DNA from: Trichoplax adhaerens
Lineage: Eukaryota; Animalia; Placozoa
Reading direction: 5' to 3'
Length of the DNA stretch: 64,000 nucleotides
NCBI RefSeq assembly: GCF_000150275.1
Contig: NW_002060953.1
Coordinates: 1,275,693-1,339,692 of the forward strand
Positions 41,332-54,406 of this stretch are shown here, piece by piece. Position numbers and translations under genes: made by a program. The notes under the pieces are model-generated. The model worked only from the letters and a program-made list of their open reading frames with translations, was not told the origin of the DNA and searched no databases. Numbering within the stretch: the stretch's first letter is position 1; every line of letters starts with the position of its first letter.

Positions 41332-42285
41332 ATGGATTATAGTCACTTGGTTAATGTCAGTAATCAAACTGGTCTTAATTCTCAATTTCATAATAGTATA
41401 GAACTCTGGACCGTCATTGGGATTTTTACTGTTATTAGCAATTCAGTTTTATTAATCTGTATCGCTATTTCTAAATTTACTCGCAATTTATTTCACGTTT
41501 TAATTGGAAGTACTTTTATGATTGGTATTTTATTGGGAATGTTTTTCATATTTCCAATTTATTCTACAAAAAATTATATATATGAGTCGTCTTATTGCAC
41601 ACTCTTACCGATGATTGGCTCATCTTTCATCCTCAATTATATTTTGCATCAGCTTCTAATTTGTATTGATCAATATTATCGGACTAGATGGCCGCGGCAT
41701 TACAGGAAATTTTACGGTAAAAAGCGATGGGTAATAATAATTGTCTTACTTTGGCTGTTCGCTCATCTTGCTGTTGCTATTCCTGTAATATTATTGCCAG
41801 AGATGCAACCCAACTGCTGCCTCAATCAATGTGATTCCAATTCAGTGCTAATCTTATTTTATATCTACTTTATTGGCATTTTCGTTACTCCATCAGCGGC
41901 TATTATTGTTTTCTATTCTTCAATATATTATAGAATATGGCGAAAATATACTAAAGTTAACTCTTTCAGTGCTAGTAACTCTTCAAGACATAGACGGCGA
42001 AAGAAAAATAAAGCCCATATCGCAGCAATGCGTATGGGAATATTGGCTGCTATTTTCATGCTTATGGTTCTTCCTTTCGGTTTGCCATTGCTTGCAGTTT
42101 ATTTTCAATTTCGACAGAAATGGATTCTGTATCTTGTAGACGCAAGTCGCTATATTGCTTTGTTTTATCCAATGCTTAACCCACTGCTGCACAGTTGTTT
42201 AATAAATACTGTTCAACGCGCATTGCTCGGCAATATGCACGCACTGCAGCAAATTCTATCTGAATGTTTTGAAATAGAAGGATAA
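41332..42285 (+). CDS. Class A orphan GPCR 4, 317 aa, with degenerate activation motifs (DQY, NPLLH)
   Basis: Open 7TM ORF homologous to its neighbours (ELWTVIG, LNYILHQ, RYIALFYP) but R3.50 is Q and Y7.53 is H. Confidence 0.9.
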   Translation: MDYSHLVNVSNQTGLNSQFHNSIELWTVIGIFTVISNSVLLICIAISKFTRNLFHVLIGSTFMIGILLGMFFIFPIYSTKNYIYESSYCTLLPMIGSSFILNYILHQLLICIDQYYRTRWPRHYRKFYGKKRWVIIIVLLWLFAHLAVAIPVILLPEMQPNCCLNQCDSNSVLILFYIYFIGIFVTPSAAIIVFYSSIYYRIWRKYTKVNSFSASNSSRHRRRKKNKAHIAAMRMGILAAIFMLMVLPFGLPLLAVYFQFRQKWILYLVDASRYIALFYPMLNPLLHSCLINTVQRALLGNMHALQQILSECFEIEG

Positions 42286-42391
42286 ACTGTCACGAAATTT
42301 ATGAAAAACTTTGACTGCTAAATGATAATTAAATGTGAAATTTTATAGTATTAGACCACATATACTATTGATTATGTTCTGTACATAATCT

Positions 42392-42827
42392 TATCACGGT
42401 ACGAAATACCGTGAAGAAATAGCTATCTAAATTTTGTGAATATAATATAGTGATATTATATTACAACTAGTTACTTACAATAGGAATTACTCTAATTATA
42501 AAAGCATTACAGTAAATTTAATGCTATGCTGTAATGTGCACTGAAATGATTCTGTAAATGGACATATTGTAGTCCGACTGTGAAAAATTAGTTAGCAGAT
42601 GTTCTCACCTAAGTATTTTTATAAGATGACTCATGAATGTTAGCTGCTGTAGAAGGGTATATAAGCCCGTCAGATAGTTGAATAAAGTAGTTCTCAATTG
42701 TCTAGTTGAGTTAGACGTAGAATCAGAGGCGTATAAATTCTTGTGAGTAGGGATACTGAATCCGCAGATTTTAAGAGATTTAGAGATTTATTTTACGTTA
42801 TTCTTGTCACGAAGCTGGTTTGTGGCA
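42392..42827 (+). mobile_element. Solo LTR-like element related to family C, 436 bp
   Basis: TATCACGG...TGTGGCA with exact TSD AATCT; both ends match the reverse complement of 55970-56533. Confidence 0.8.
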
Positions 42828-45188
42828 AATCTCAATGGACGCTGTCTAAAAATCTCAACAGTTGTTAATGATAAATACTCAGCAGCTATGCTAGGTAAAG
42901 CACCATACTGATATATAAATTTACAAGCAGTTAGATAACTTATATATTACTAGGTTATAATGTAATAGAAAGATAAAAGGGATTGACAAAAGAAAGCATC
43001 TAACAATCGAATGATATAAGTACTTTTACTCGTTATGTAATTCCTGCTCGCAATGAAGCAATTTTGCCTTTAGCTGTCCTTTAATTGGCTAATACGACGA
43101 TACATATACGCTTTATTAAAATTATACACTGAATAATTTGGTGAACTTTGGATTAACTTAGAGAATTGGGCCTGTGAGGTTGATAGATCTAGAATCTTCA
43201 AGGCGTTAGAAAATTAAAATTTATAGAACAAAATTTCGTTTACAAAGATACAATGTAATCGATCAGCTGAAGAACTCTAACGAGAAAGAACTGTTTTACT
43301 GTACTAAACTACTCGCTTATATAATTTTCCTCGTTAACAATCTTAGTACCTTACTTACTACGCATTTCAGCATTAGTATCTCAAATACCAGATAGTCTAC
43401 AATTTTCATGTGAAAGCTCTAGTGTGTGCACTGTAGCATTCCTCTTCAAAAAGATACAGATACGAAGCTAGCGATATTTAATACTTAATCGTCTAACGGA
43501 ATTTTTATCACACGTTGAACACTAACAACGGTAGACATTACTAACTATATCATCGACTTAGAAAACAATACTATACTGTCTTACAAGGCCCTATAATAGT
43601 TAATGAATAGAAGCTTTTCTGCTAAGAATATGTTAACAAGACGCGATATTTAAAATATCAGCAGTATTAACGTACCATATCCCTGTGTAGCGGGTAATAA
43701 ATGATTTTGACTACTATTATAGCTGGACGTAACATAAAACTTACCTCTTATATTTAAAAAAGGATACAAATTAATTTTAATGTTTAAATAAGCTCTTACA
43801 AATATTTTTAACGATAAAAACTTGAAATATCTACTATCATGTATATTTAACTGATGTAATTAAATACGGTATAAAATTACCACTCTATCTAAAATCTCAA
43901 ACTCTATGATACTGTAGGTGAGTTTTGCGTACCCGTAATAATTTTCGAGTCGGCGACTATTAACCAAAATAAGCACTCTATTGTGGCTGTAAATGCTGAA
44001 AAATCACAATGCAATTAGTTTAATTAATTTTTCTTATTTGCATTATCTCCTTGTATCGGGTTAAAATTTAGATAGTGCCGAGAAAAAAGGAAATAAATTA
44101 TTACCATTCATCTCATGCTTCGGCAAGTCTGAATTTATCAGCATTATGTTTGCGAAAACCACCTTCAAGCTTCATACAGCGTTTTTGATAACTATCGGGA
44201 TAAAATCAAATTTTGATCCTCTAATTATAAAAATACTGATTTAATATTGCTACTTTCTTACTAGTAGCAACGTTTTGATGGTATTATACAATATACAATA
44301 TACCTTCTTTCTGCAGAATGTCATTGTATTAGGCTAGAAGAATACTACGTATTTCTTATAATATTCACTTATATATTTTGATGTCTGAAACATTACAAAA
44401 AAGTCTATAGCCAATTCTATTTATTTATTGTATTACTACAAATATGAGAAGAAACTTGCTTTCAGCATTAGCGTTACTAGGCGAAATATAGCATATTGAG
44501 ATAGACGTAATCTTTCAGAATTTTTGTGTAGCATCCTAGAAAATACTTATAACTTATGATATTGAACAATAACTTCCTGCAGGAATGACTTTTTTGAAGG
44601 TCTTACGTTTCTCTTTAAAACGCGATTTTTTTCTGTTTAATGCTGTGTAATAAGGCAAAATGCAGGAATTTTGTGTAATCAGAGGCAGGTTATATCTTGT
44701 GTGCAACTATAACTGTTATTAGATAGTGTTTACACTAATAGTCGTTTGCCAGCTAAGAATGTATGGGTAAATGCGGCGTAAACGATAAAATTTAAACATG
44801 CAAAACCCAACAAAGAAAATTTCTTAAAGTTTTCAGTTTTATTTCGCTTCTTCATCAGATTTTAGATCACAGGTAGACGAAAAATCTTGATTAATAGCGT
44901 AATTGCAATATAACAGTTAAATTAGGAATTGATTAGTTTAATACAAACACGGTAAAAACTCGATAGGATAGTGTTGTAGCTAATTTTCAGAAGTAGAGAC
45001 TCTATACTACTTTAACTATGTAAGTTGCTAGAGACGAAAAAACTCGTACAGTTAAGCTGTTTCAAATATTAGATACTATGTAAGTCAAAGCCTCGCCAAC
45101 AATAAAACAGACTGTGATTTTCTGGAGAGATAGGATCTTTCACTGCGTTAAATTTCAATTTTTATATCTGCATGGAAGTATCCAAGGA

Positions 45189-45677
45189 TGTAGTGTTTAC
45201 TTCTAAATATGGTGTAGCCTATTTCTAGTAAAAGTATTAGCGTTACCTAGACTGGAATCTTACCCTAAGATAGTAACATAACTCGAAATATGTATGATCT
45301 ATATTTAACAATTTACGCTGTTGAAAAACCTTGTGCACTAGCTAATTTGTAGCGTAGCACTAGCTTAAAATAGAAGAAACCTGTTTTCATGAATCATTCA
45401 GGCTTATAAATAATCTCCTCCTGCTGTGCTCCTGACATTATAAAAGCTATCTTCTTTCGCCTATCTCGTTAGTTAGTTCTGGTAGTTATTCGGTAAGCTT
45501 GCACGCTTTACCTATTTCCCGCTACTATAGTTATTCGATTAGTCATATCGTTACTCGTACGATAAATTTAGTCGGTTATTCTGTTACACTAGCTCAATAA
45601 ATATTACTCTTCCGTTAACTATTCCATTGTACTTTATTGCCACTAATGCCGAACTCTCAAACTCCTAAAACATCATA
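45189..45677 (+). mobile_element. Solo LTR-like element, family D, 489 bp
   Basis: TGTAGTG...CATCATA; flanks AAGGA/ATGGA; TATAAA motifs and AATAAA; homologous to 26373-28195. Confidence 0.8.
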
Positions 45678-46191
45678 ATGGATAGGTATTTCAATTGACA
45701 GTAGCAAAGATTTAAAATATACTGATAGCCTTTGCTGTTTAATAGTAGTAATCGTAGCTTATAAAAATGCTCCATTTCACTAGTCATTAAACGTAAAAAA
45801 TTTTATATAGTTATCAGATGCAGCGTTTTATGACATTACAAATAATGTAAGTAAACTGTTTTATCGTATCTACTATCATGAAATTACTTACGTAAGATCG
45901 AAAAAAATCTAGATCAATCTGTGATCCTTTCAAATTACTGCTGTAATTAGCCGAAATTACTACATAAATAATTCAGTTAGAGATTTACTTCAGTTCCATA
46001 GAGGTCTTACAATAAAAGATAAATTTTCGTTAGTTTACAATTCGTCCGAAATTCGAAGTCAATTGCAGCAATTTGTTAGAATAAAGAAGGACACCTGGGA
46101 CAAGTGCAATATCTACTTTATTGATTATTTCCGTGGAACTATAAGACGGAGCACTACGGCAAATGTTATAGAACTTGTCTGCTTAGAGTTG

Positions 46192-47981
46192 AAAAATCGT
46201 TCTATTAAATTACTAACTGTTAATCTTTGCTTGCAGGAGTAACGTTCTGTTTTATTTATGAAATACTATTTTAAATTCACTTCTATTTTGTAATATAGAA
46301 TCTTAAATTCTTAAGATTATCAAGACGAAATAGAACTTAATCTAATATTGACTTAAGACTATCCGGATATTTTATTGTACATGTGATTTGTTCTTATGGC
46401 GTCTAATTTGGAAATATTTACTAGCAATTTTGAGATCATTGTGTGGACAAAAATTCTTAGACTAGATAGCTGGCTGAATTCAGTAATTGTATCTGAGTAA
46501 ATCAATAATCAAGGGAAAATACTAAGCTTTATAGCAAAATATATTCAACAATCGTATTTTTTAAAAAATCTAGTTTATTTTAAATATCAGCTTTTGCAGA
46601 TTAGATTTTCGATTTATATGCTTACTAAAACACGATTTTTCCAAAATGGCGCTGATATACGTACAGAGAAAATACTGTGGTTTTCTGTGCAGCATTCGAT
46701 ATGTTTAAAATTTAATTTTTGAACAATTAGCTTAAAGAATAATTTAAATCCTGCATGTCAATTAAACAAATTTTTAGACAATATGCTCATGTAATATATC
46801 AAAATCAATCTCTATAAGCAAATATAATGTAAGTGAGTGTGACGGAGCTCGCTCCGAAATGAATAATATTTTGATCTAAAATGTCTAACAATATTATTAT
46901 GGAGGTTGCCGATCTCGGCAACAACCTAGTTGTTAATTGAGTTTTGTTATTAATTATCCTAGTAATATACAGCGTGGATATGGTGTTAGCAATTAAAATG
47001 TCAAGCTGTAAAGATTATTATGTTAGTTAATAAGGTGCTAATTAATAATATTAATTTGTGACAAGTGATAAGTAACACTCGAGCTAGTTGAATCTATAGT
47101 AAGCCTGTATGGATCTGTATTGCACATTCTATAATTTAATGTGAAAGATTAGTACCGATCTTATTTGTGTGATATATGAAACTGTATATAAGCTTGATCA
47201 TTACTTTTTAATCTCAGTTCCACGAAGGCTACACTAGAGTACACTGGTACTAAGTTGCAATAGCTGGTAATAAAATATTTAATAACCTAAACCTATCGTT
47301 GGACTCGTTGTCTATGGTATAGGAATAAGTTAGTTTTCCTTTACTGAGGATCTCCGGAGTTAGTCGGGGAACCTTAAGAGTAGATAGACTAGTTTAGGTA
47401 CGTTCACGAAAGTTGTTTTGTGACAGTGAGTAATTTATTAACTTTCGCTATATTAAAACATAAATCTACCTTAACTAGTATCCAGAATTAATCTTTTGTG
47501 TCGCCATGAGGTAATGCCTTTGTGATAAAATATCTTTTCGAAACTAAAACAAGAACTACAGTTTCTTGTAAACTTCACTTCATTGCATAAGTTGGGCTCA
47601 TCTAATTATTATCAATGACTATCACCAAACTAACTTCTATCAATATTTATATCTCGGCATCTTAATATATGTAAATATCTCAATAGTTTTGGTACAATAC
47701 GTACTATAATCTACTTGTGCAAATTGATACTTCTTCGATTTTATAATCTCACATACAATTTATCCACTTTCGTACAATAATTGAAGTATTCGATATATTT
47801 GGGGATATAATGTAATTTGTACAAGACCGCAAACGCGAACATTGACCTGTTGAATAGATTCTCAAAATGCTTACCCAAACTAGTTTAAAATAATACCGGA
47901 TGTTTCAATCTTGATAGTTGCCAACTATAGATGTATGTAGGGTTTTCCTATTCTAGCCATACTCTTTAAAATCTAGCATAT
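46192..47981 (+). repeat. Near-identical duplicated segment, copy 1 (contains the 46838 insertion)
   Basis: Matches 49210-50396 apart from scattered substitutions, a roughly 10-bp indel and the LTR-like insert. Confidence 0.92.
46838..47425 (+). mobile_element. Solo LTR-like element, 588 bp, with its empty site visible in the duplicated segment
   Basis: TGTGACGG...TGTGACA with exact TSD GTGAG; the duplicate at about 49851 has a single GTGAG and no insert. Confidence 0.95.
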
Positions 47982-48168
47982 TTTTCGTGAAATTCATCTT
48001 AGAAGTAGCCAGTCCTATTGATAAATGGGAAAATTATGATAATCTTTTCTAGATTTCTCCTTGTAAAGCTGTAGTATTCGGTCTTTCCTAGGAATGGCCG
48101 ATTACCGAGGTTGATCGTAACATATTCAAAAGGTCAATGTTCGCGTTTGCGGTCATGTAAAAATTACA
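47811..48168. mobile_element. MITE-like element with about 46-bp terminal inverted repeats
   Basis: TGTAATTTGTACAAGACCGCAAACGCGAACATTGACCTGTTGAATA matches the reverse complement of 48123-48168 with 3 mismatches; true ends may extend about 15 bp further. Confidence 0.8.
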
Positions 48169-49159
48169 ATTTCACAGCTAAATTATTAAAATCGTTATAT
48201 TTTACTGTTTCCGTTGGCTGAATTTATTCGTTCTTCAAGTATCATTCTTGCAAGGTTTGAATAACAATTGAATTTATTTTAGTCCATCAGCTATAGAGAG
48301 TGTACGTAAGCCTTCACTATACAAGATATATAATTTATGCGTTTAACTCGTTTTTACCTAATGCGATAAAAACCATTCAGTTAGCGATTTATCCTATTTT
48401 TTAAATCACTTAATTGTTAAAATTTATTTAAAATTACAATTATCTAATGAAAGAGCTTATTCAATAAATCTGACTAAAACTGTCATTAAATCCAATTCTA
48501 TTTACTGGAGATAGAAGTAGTTAGTGAACTTGTTTCATATAGCAGCAATTTCATGTTTAATTGTATAAAATATTATATTTAGCAATAAATAAACATCGTT
48601 CAAATGAGATTTAGGAATGATTGTAAGTCTAATTTTCGGATGTGATTTAAACTATAGAGAACTAAAGGGATCATTTCATAACGTCGTTAATTACGTAAAT
48701 ATTATTAAACTTATTAATTGAATAGGAAATATAAGTGAACTTCGCATGAAAATTATTGTAATAATGGAGATAGATTTTTACCCAAAATAAAAAGACTCGG
48801 ATTTTTAAAATCAACTATATTTTTATATCCAATGATTTCATCATTTTAAATTTAACGTATGGTATCTCCGATGTTTAGTTACTACCTTCTAGGACTTCAT
48901 TATCAAGATAATAAGTGGAAGTTATGTATTCGGTTAGCCCCTTACATCTTTAGTACTGTGGCATTCGTATATCTTCCATTCTAATCTATCCCTTTGCTTC
49001 CTAAAATCTATTACAAATTTACCTTACAACTATTCTAATAAATTCTCAATAGTAAAATAAGAATTATAACAAGAAGTATTCTAGCTGGCTAGTCTACAAA
49101 ATAGCATTATTAAACTTAAGTATTTATAATAAAAGTATATCATATATAACTATTTTAGT

Positions 49160-49209
49160 NNNNNNNNNNNNNNNNNNNNNNNNNNNNNNNNNNNNNNNNN
49201 NNNNNNNNN
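49160..49209. other. Assembly gap (50 N)
   Basis: Run of N. Confidence 1.
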
Positions 49210-50396
49210 GAAAATCGTTCTATTAAATTACTAACTGTTAATCTTTGCTTGCAGGAGTAACGTTCTGTTTTATTTATGAAATACTATTTTAAATTCACTT
49301 CTATTTTGTAATATAGAATCTTAAATTCTTAAGATTATCAAGACGAAATATAACTTAATCTAATATTGACTTAAGACTATCCGGATATTTTATTGTACAT
49401 GTGATTTGTTCTTATGGCGTCTAATTTGGAAATATTTACTAGCAATTTTGAGATCATTGTGTGGACAAAAATTCTTAGACTAGATAGCTGGCTGAATTCA
49501 GTAATTGTATCTGAGTAAATCAATAATCAAGGAAAATTACTAAGCTTTATAGCAAAATATATTCAACAATCGTATTTTTTTAAAGATCTAGTTTATTTTA
49601 AATATCAGCTTTTACAGATTAGATTTTCGATTTATATGCTTACTAAAACACGATTTTTCCAAAATGGCGCTGATATACGTACAGAGAAAATACTGTGGTT
49701 TTCTATGCAGCATTCGATATGTTTAAAATTTAATTTTTGAACAATTAGCTTAAAGAATAATTTAAATCCTGCATGTCAATTAAACAAATTTTTAGACAAT
49801 ATGCTCATGTAATATATCAAAATCAATCTCTATAAGCTAATATAATGTAAGTGAGTAATTTATTAACTTTCGCTATATTAAAACATAAATCTACCTTAAG
49901 TAGTATCCAGAATTAATCTTTTGTGTCGCCATGAGGTAATGCCTTTGTGATAAAATATCTTTTCGAAACTAAAACAAGAACTACAGTTTCTTGTAAACTT
50001 CACTTCATTGCATAAGTTGGGCTCATCTAACTATTATCAATGACTATCACTAAGCTAACTTCTATCAATATTTATATCTCGGCATCTTAATATATGTAAA
50101 CATCTCAATAGTTTTGGTACAATACGTACTATAATCTACTTGTGCAAATAGATACTTCTTCAATTTTACAATCTCACATACAATTTATCCACTTTCGTAC
50201 AATAATTGAAGTATTCGATATATTTGGGGATATAATGTAATTTGTACAAGACCGCAAACGCGAACATTGACCTGTTGAATAGATTCTCAAAATGCTTACC
50301 CAAACTAGTTTAAAATAATACCGGATGTTTCAATCTTGATAGTTGCCAACTCTAGATGTATGTAGGGTTTTCCTATTCTAGCCATATCTAGCATAT
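49210..50396 (+). repeat. Near-identical duplicated segment, copy 2 (possibly the second haplotype)
   Basis: Starts right at the N gap and ends at the fold-back element. Confidence 0.92.
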
Positions 50397-50400
50397 CTGT

Positions 50401-51821
50401 GTGTAGTAAGGACTAAAAGTAGAGTCCTTTATAGCTTTTAGTATGTAACTAGTACTTGTTACGGAGCAAAGCACCGTACTTGCTAACTAAATTGAGTTTG
50501 TCAGTATTTAGCTAATGGATCATATTGGTAAGTGATAATTGAAATTAAGAATATTAATGTCTAGATTGCTAGACAATAAAAGGCATAATTGTATTTGCAA
50601 TTAATTAGTAGAGCCTATATACAGTAGATATTAATAATGGCGACACGTTAGCACCCACTACAAATCATGTAAATCTTATATTGTCAAGTTACTATGTATG
50701 CACCATAAATTTAGTGGAATGGTATAAAAGGACGAGCGAATGCTCAGTTCCTGAGTTCCATATTAGATCGTGTACGAGAAGGTACTCGGCTACTCTACTA
50801 ATAAAAACTATACTAATCTTTTAGAACGGTCTTATCCCTGTGTGACCGAAAGTAGTAAAGAACTACCATACAGTAGGTCTCCAGGTGTAGTGGAGCAAGG
50901 CATCAGTAATCTATTAGTTTAGTTTAGTCTAGTAGTTCGCAACATAAGTTTGTGACAGTACTATTTTACTATAGAAAATACCTAGAAAGTGATAGTGTCT
51001 TTAAGTTTTACCCTGCCAAATCATCATGTCGCCCCATCTTTTCTTCTTCATTATTTTACAAGGTATTAAAACAATATAGATTACTATACAAGTAGCCCTA
51101 GAGCAAATGCCTAATCTAAAGAAAGGGCGTTTGATCGTCCATTCAAATTGTTACTAAATTTAACTTAGTAGCAAAACCCTATCCTTAGAGAAAGGGGATT
51201 TATAACATGACGGCAAAGTACTATAATGTAGTCTATCATCGTACAGTTATAGTACAACCTGATGCTAAAACATCAACTGTCAATACTCAGCGATGCTAAT
51301 GTCAGAAAAGTAATCGTGATAGTCATAAAAAATTTTTTAATTAGCTAAGTAGCGATTACTGTAATCTTTACAAAATCCCGCTTATCCAAAAATTTATATG
51401 ATTATTTCGACTACTTTTCTGACATTAGCATTGCTGAGTATTCGTGAGTATTGACAGTTGATGTTTTAGCGTCAGATTGTACGGTAACTGTACGATTATA
51501 GACTTCATATACAGTACTTTATCGTCATGTTATAAATCCCCTTTCTCTAAGGATAGGGTTTTGTTACTAAGTCAAATTTTGTTACAATTTGAATAGACGA
51601 TAAAACGCCGTTTCTCTAGATTAGGCATTTGCTCTAATGGTACTTATATAGTAATCTATATAATACCTTGTAAAATAATGAAGAAGATAAGACGGCGACA
51701 TGATGATTTGGCAGGGTAAAACTTAAAGACACTATCATTTTCTAGGTATTTTGTATAGTAAAATAATACTAGTTGCGTACTAAAAGCTATAAAGGACTCT
51801 ACTTTTAGTCCTTTACTGCAA
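50401..51821. mobile_element. Fold-back structure: two right-end arms of the 1.36-kb element joined head to head
   Basis: 50401-51380 (minus a nested LTR-like element) is the reverse complement of about 27535-28002; 51381-51821 matches about 63490-63920 directly. Confidence 0.85.
50457..50957 (+). mobile_element. Solo LTR-like element, 501 bp, nested in the fold-back left arm
   Basis: TGTTACGG...TGTGACA with exact TSD GTACT; TATAAAA at 50723, TCAGT at 50744, AATAAA at 50800. Confidence 0.9.
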
Positions 51822-53392
51822 CATGTATTACATTCTCAAATCTTTGTCCAGTTTGATTTGATTTACTCCATTGACAAATCAACAGTTCGGATTGGCGTCG
51901 GCGAAATTTAAGATTATTAGTAAAGGCTAATGATTAAATTCAATCGAAATACTCTTATTTTACTAAACTTTAAAAATTATATTATATATTAAGTTATTGA
52001 ATTAAAATGAATATTCTACTTACGAAATCTATGAGGATTGTCTTATCAATACTAAATCCATTTGAAACTAGATTATATTGACATTTATTCTTGCGCAGTT
52101 TGCAGTGATTAATATATTGTTTTAATAATGAAAGATGCTTTCTAGAAATCCTAATATCGTTTTAAAATATTTATGTTGACAATTGTTGAATTGATGATTC
52201 ACTATTATTAGTTTTTACGAGATATAGTAGGAAAAATTTCAATATTGACTTCAAAAATCTAACAAAACTGAAGGATTCCTTCAAAAACAGTAGAAAGCTT
52301 TATTAATTATAATTATGTATACTTCTATGTTATATATTGTTGTATGACAAGAGATCATAATAACTGTAGATATTGATATTGTCTTAAATAATTTAAATTA
52401 AAAGATTAATAATTTTTATGTAATTGTTTACAAACTATTTTTCTTTTTTAGGGGGTGGAAATAACTTAAATAGCAGAAAATAGCAAATATCACTAGTCAA
52501 GAGACTAGTTTTATCACAAATCGTTTTGCTAAGTTTATCGGTACTTGTGAATATTTTTCTGGTACTTCTATGTTTTGGTTTAATTTTTAAAATATTTTAA
52601 TGAATTAATAAGCTATGATAACATTTAATCATTGATATTAAGTTAAAAGTCGCAATGATTATAGTATGGTATTGTCGTTTAATTAAACTTCGTTGAAAAG
52701 TAATAGATTTAGAAACTTTGTAGTAATAGTACTGCGAACAACATTAAGATAGGCTTAAATATCTGGTAAAGCAATGCAGGTGTTATGTAACCATAGCAAA
52801 TATTTATTTTCAAGTCAACGAGTCAAATACAGCTGTGTCTATAATATATGCTCATAAATTAATACAGCATAGCGTAAGAAAAGAAGTTTAATTTATGCAG
52901 TAAATAAACAGTAATGACGTCGTTAAGACACATTGGGGCATTCTTAAGAAGCTAACTTAAAGACTCCTTTGTAGATCAGAACAGGGCTTGATTAATGCAC
53001 TTAAATGTCAGTTTATGCAATGTACGTTCATATATATTTTTTGTACCGTAAATTATGATTCATGCAAAAACTGACTATAGTTTTTCATAAGTTCATTAAA
53101 ATAATTATATTCATTGATATCAAACTATTATGATTTATCGAATTTGATCATCATGGGACATGGATAAGATACGTAAATATTTTTTTGTTTGCTGATGATT
53201 AAACAATACTCATGTTTTATGTAGTAATAAATTCCATAGTCGTAATGGTTAACATTCATCACGAACACCGTACATTATGTCCAATTACATCAACTATTTA
53301 TTATCTTCCTAAATTAGCTACTACTTCAGTTAACAAATCGCACTTATTTAGTTCTCTATAGCTCATACATTTAATACTAGAATTAAGAAGTG

Positions 53393-54406
53393 ATGGAAAA
53401 CAATATCTCTAGTGCTGCTGTAAATGGAACTGCAATGGAAGTCAATGTCACAGATAAAACACCTTCTTTCATAGTGCCCCAAAATAGTGTCGAATTATGG
53501 ACAGCTATTGGAGTTATTGCAGTAATTACTAATTCAGTTCTTTTTTTAAGTTTAATTTTATCGCGTTCATTGCGAAATCAATCTCATGTTATAATCAGTA
53601 GTTCTTTTGTAATTGGCATCCTCTTTGGTGGAATATATATTTTACCAAGATGGGCTGCATTTGACTACTTTCGGCAATTTGGTTTAATTTGTTCTATTAT
53701 GCCATTACTTGGTTCAGCATTTTTGCTGAATTATAACTTACATCAATGTTTTACGAGTTTGGATAGATATTTTGCCGTTAAATGGCCTATAAAGTATCGA
53801 CGTAAAGTGCATAAAAGGTTATATTTATACATCGTAGTGATTTTATGGGTATTTTCCTTTGCAACAGCATTTATACCAGCTATGACATTTCGACCGCTAT
53901 CTAGTAGTCATTGTGTTGTTCATTCTGGAAATTTTCTTGCAGAGCGAATTTTTGCCTACTGGAAATTCTTAGGTTGGTTTTTTGTCCCTGTAACAGTAAT
54001 TGTCTTTTGCTATTCCCAAACCTTTTACATGATTTATAGCAAGCGAAAGAAATCCGTTGCACCAAGTATTAGCTGCAACTATAGGCTTGGAAAAACAACC
54101 AGTAAGAAAACAATTAATGCATCTATACAAATGGGTATACTAGCAGCCATATTTATTGTGATGATGCTACCTTATACTTGTGGATTTATTATCAGTGAAT
54201 TCGGCAGGATATTACCGATATCAGTTCAGTTTATTCTTAATATGCAGTTTATTACTCGATACATTGCATTTTCTTACCCAGCTATCAATCCATTATTGTA
54301 TGCTTACTTTGTAGATACTATTAGGCATGCTTTTCTGAATCTATTTCGTCTACAGAAAAGTAAATCATCGATTATTCCTAAAATTAGTCAAGTTGCTTCC
54401 GGATAA
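53393..54406 (+). CDS. Class A orphan GPCR 5, about 337 aa
   Basis: ATG at 53393 (track starts at GTG 53390); LLNYNLHQCFTSLDRY, RYIAFSYPAINPLLYAYF. Confidence 0.95.
   Translation: MENNISSAAVNGTAMEVNVTDKTPSFIVPQNSVELWTAIGVIAVITNSVLFLSLILSRSLRNQSHVIISSSFVIGILFGGIYILPRWAAFDYFRQFGLICSIMPLLGSAFLLNYNLHQCFTSLDRYFAVKWPIKYRRKVHKRLYLYIVVILWVFSFATAFIPAMTFRPLSSSHCVVHSGNFLAERIFAYWKFLGWFFVPVTVIVFCYSQTFYMIYSKRKKSVAPSISCNYRLGKTTSKKTINASIQMGILAAIFIVMMLPYTCGFIISEFGRILPISVQFILNMQFITRYIAFSYPAINPLLYAYFVDTIRHAFLNLFRLQKSKSSIIPKISQVASG

Noticed and set aside
44569-46141. LRR-like peptide ITSCRNDFFEGLTFL (44569) and GPCR TM3-like TSAISTLLIISVE (46100)
   Set aside because: Isolated short motifs without enough collinear support to call a pseudogene by eye.
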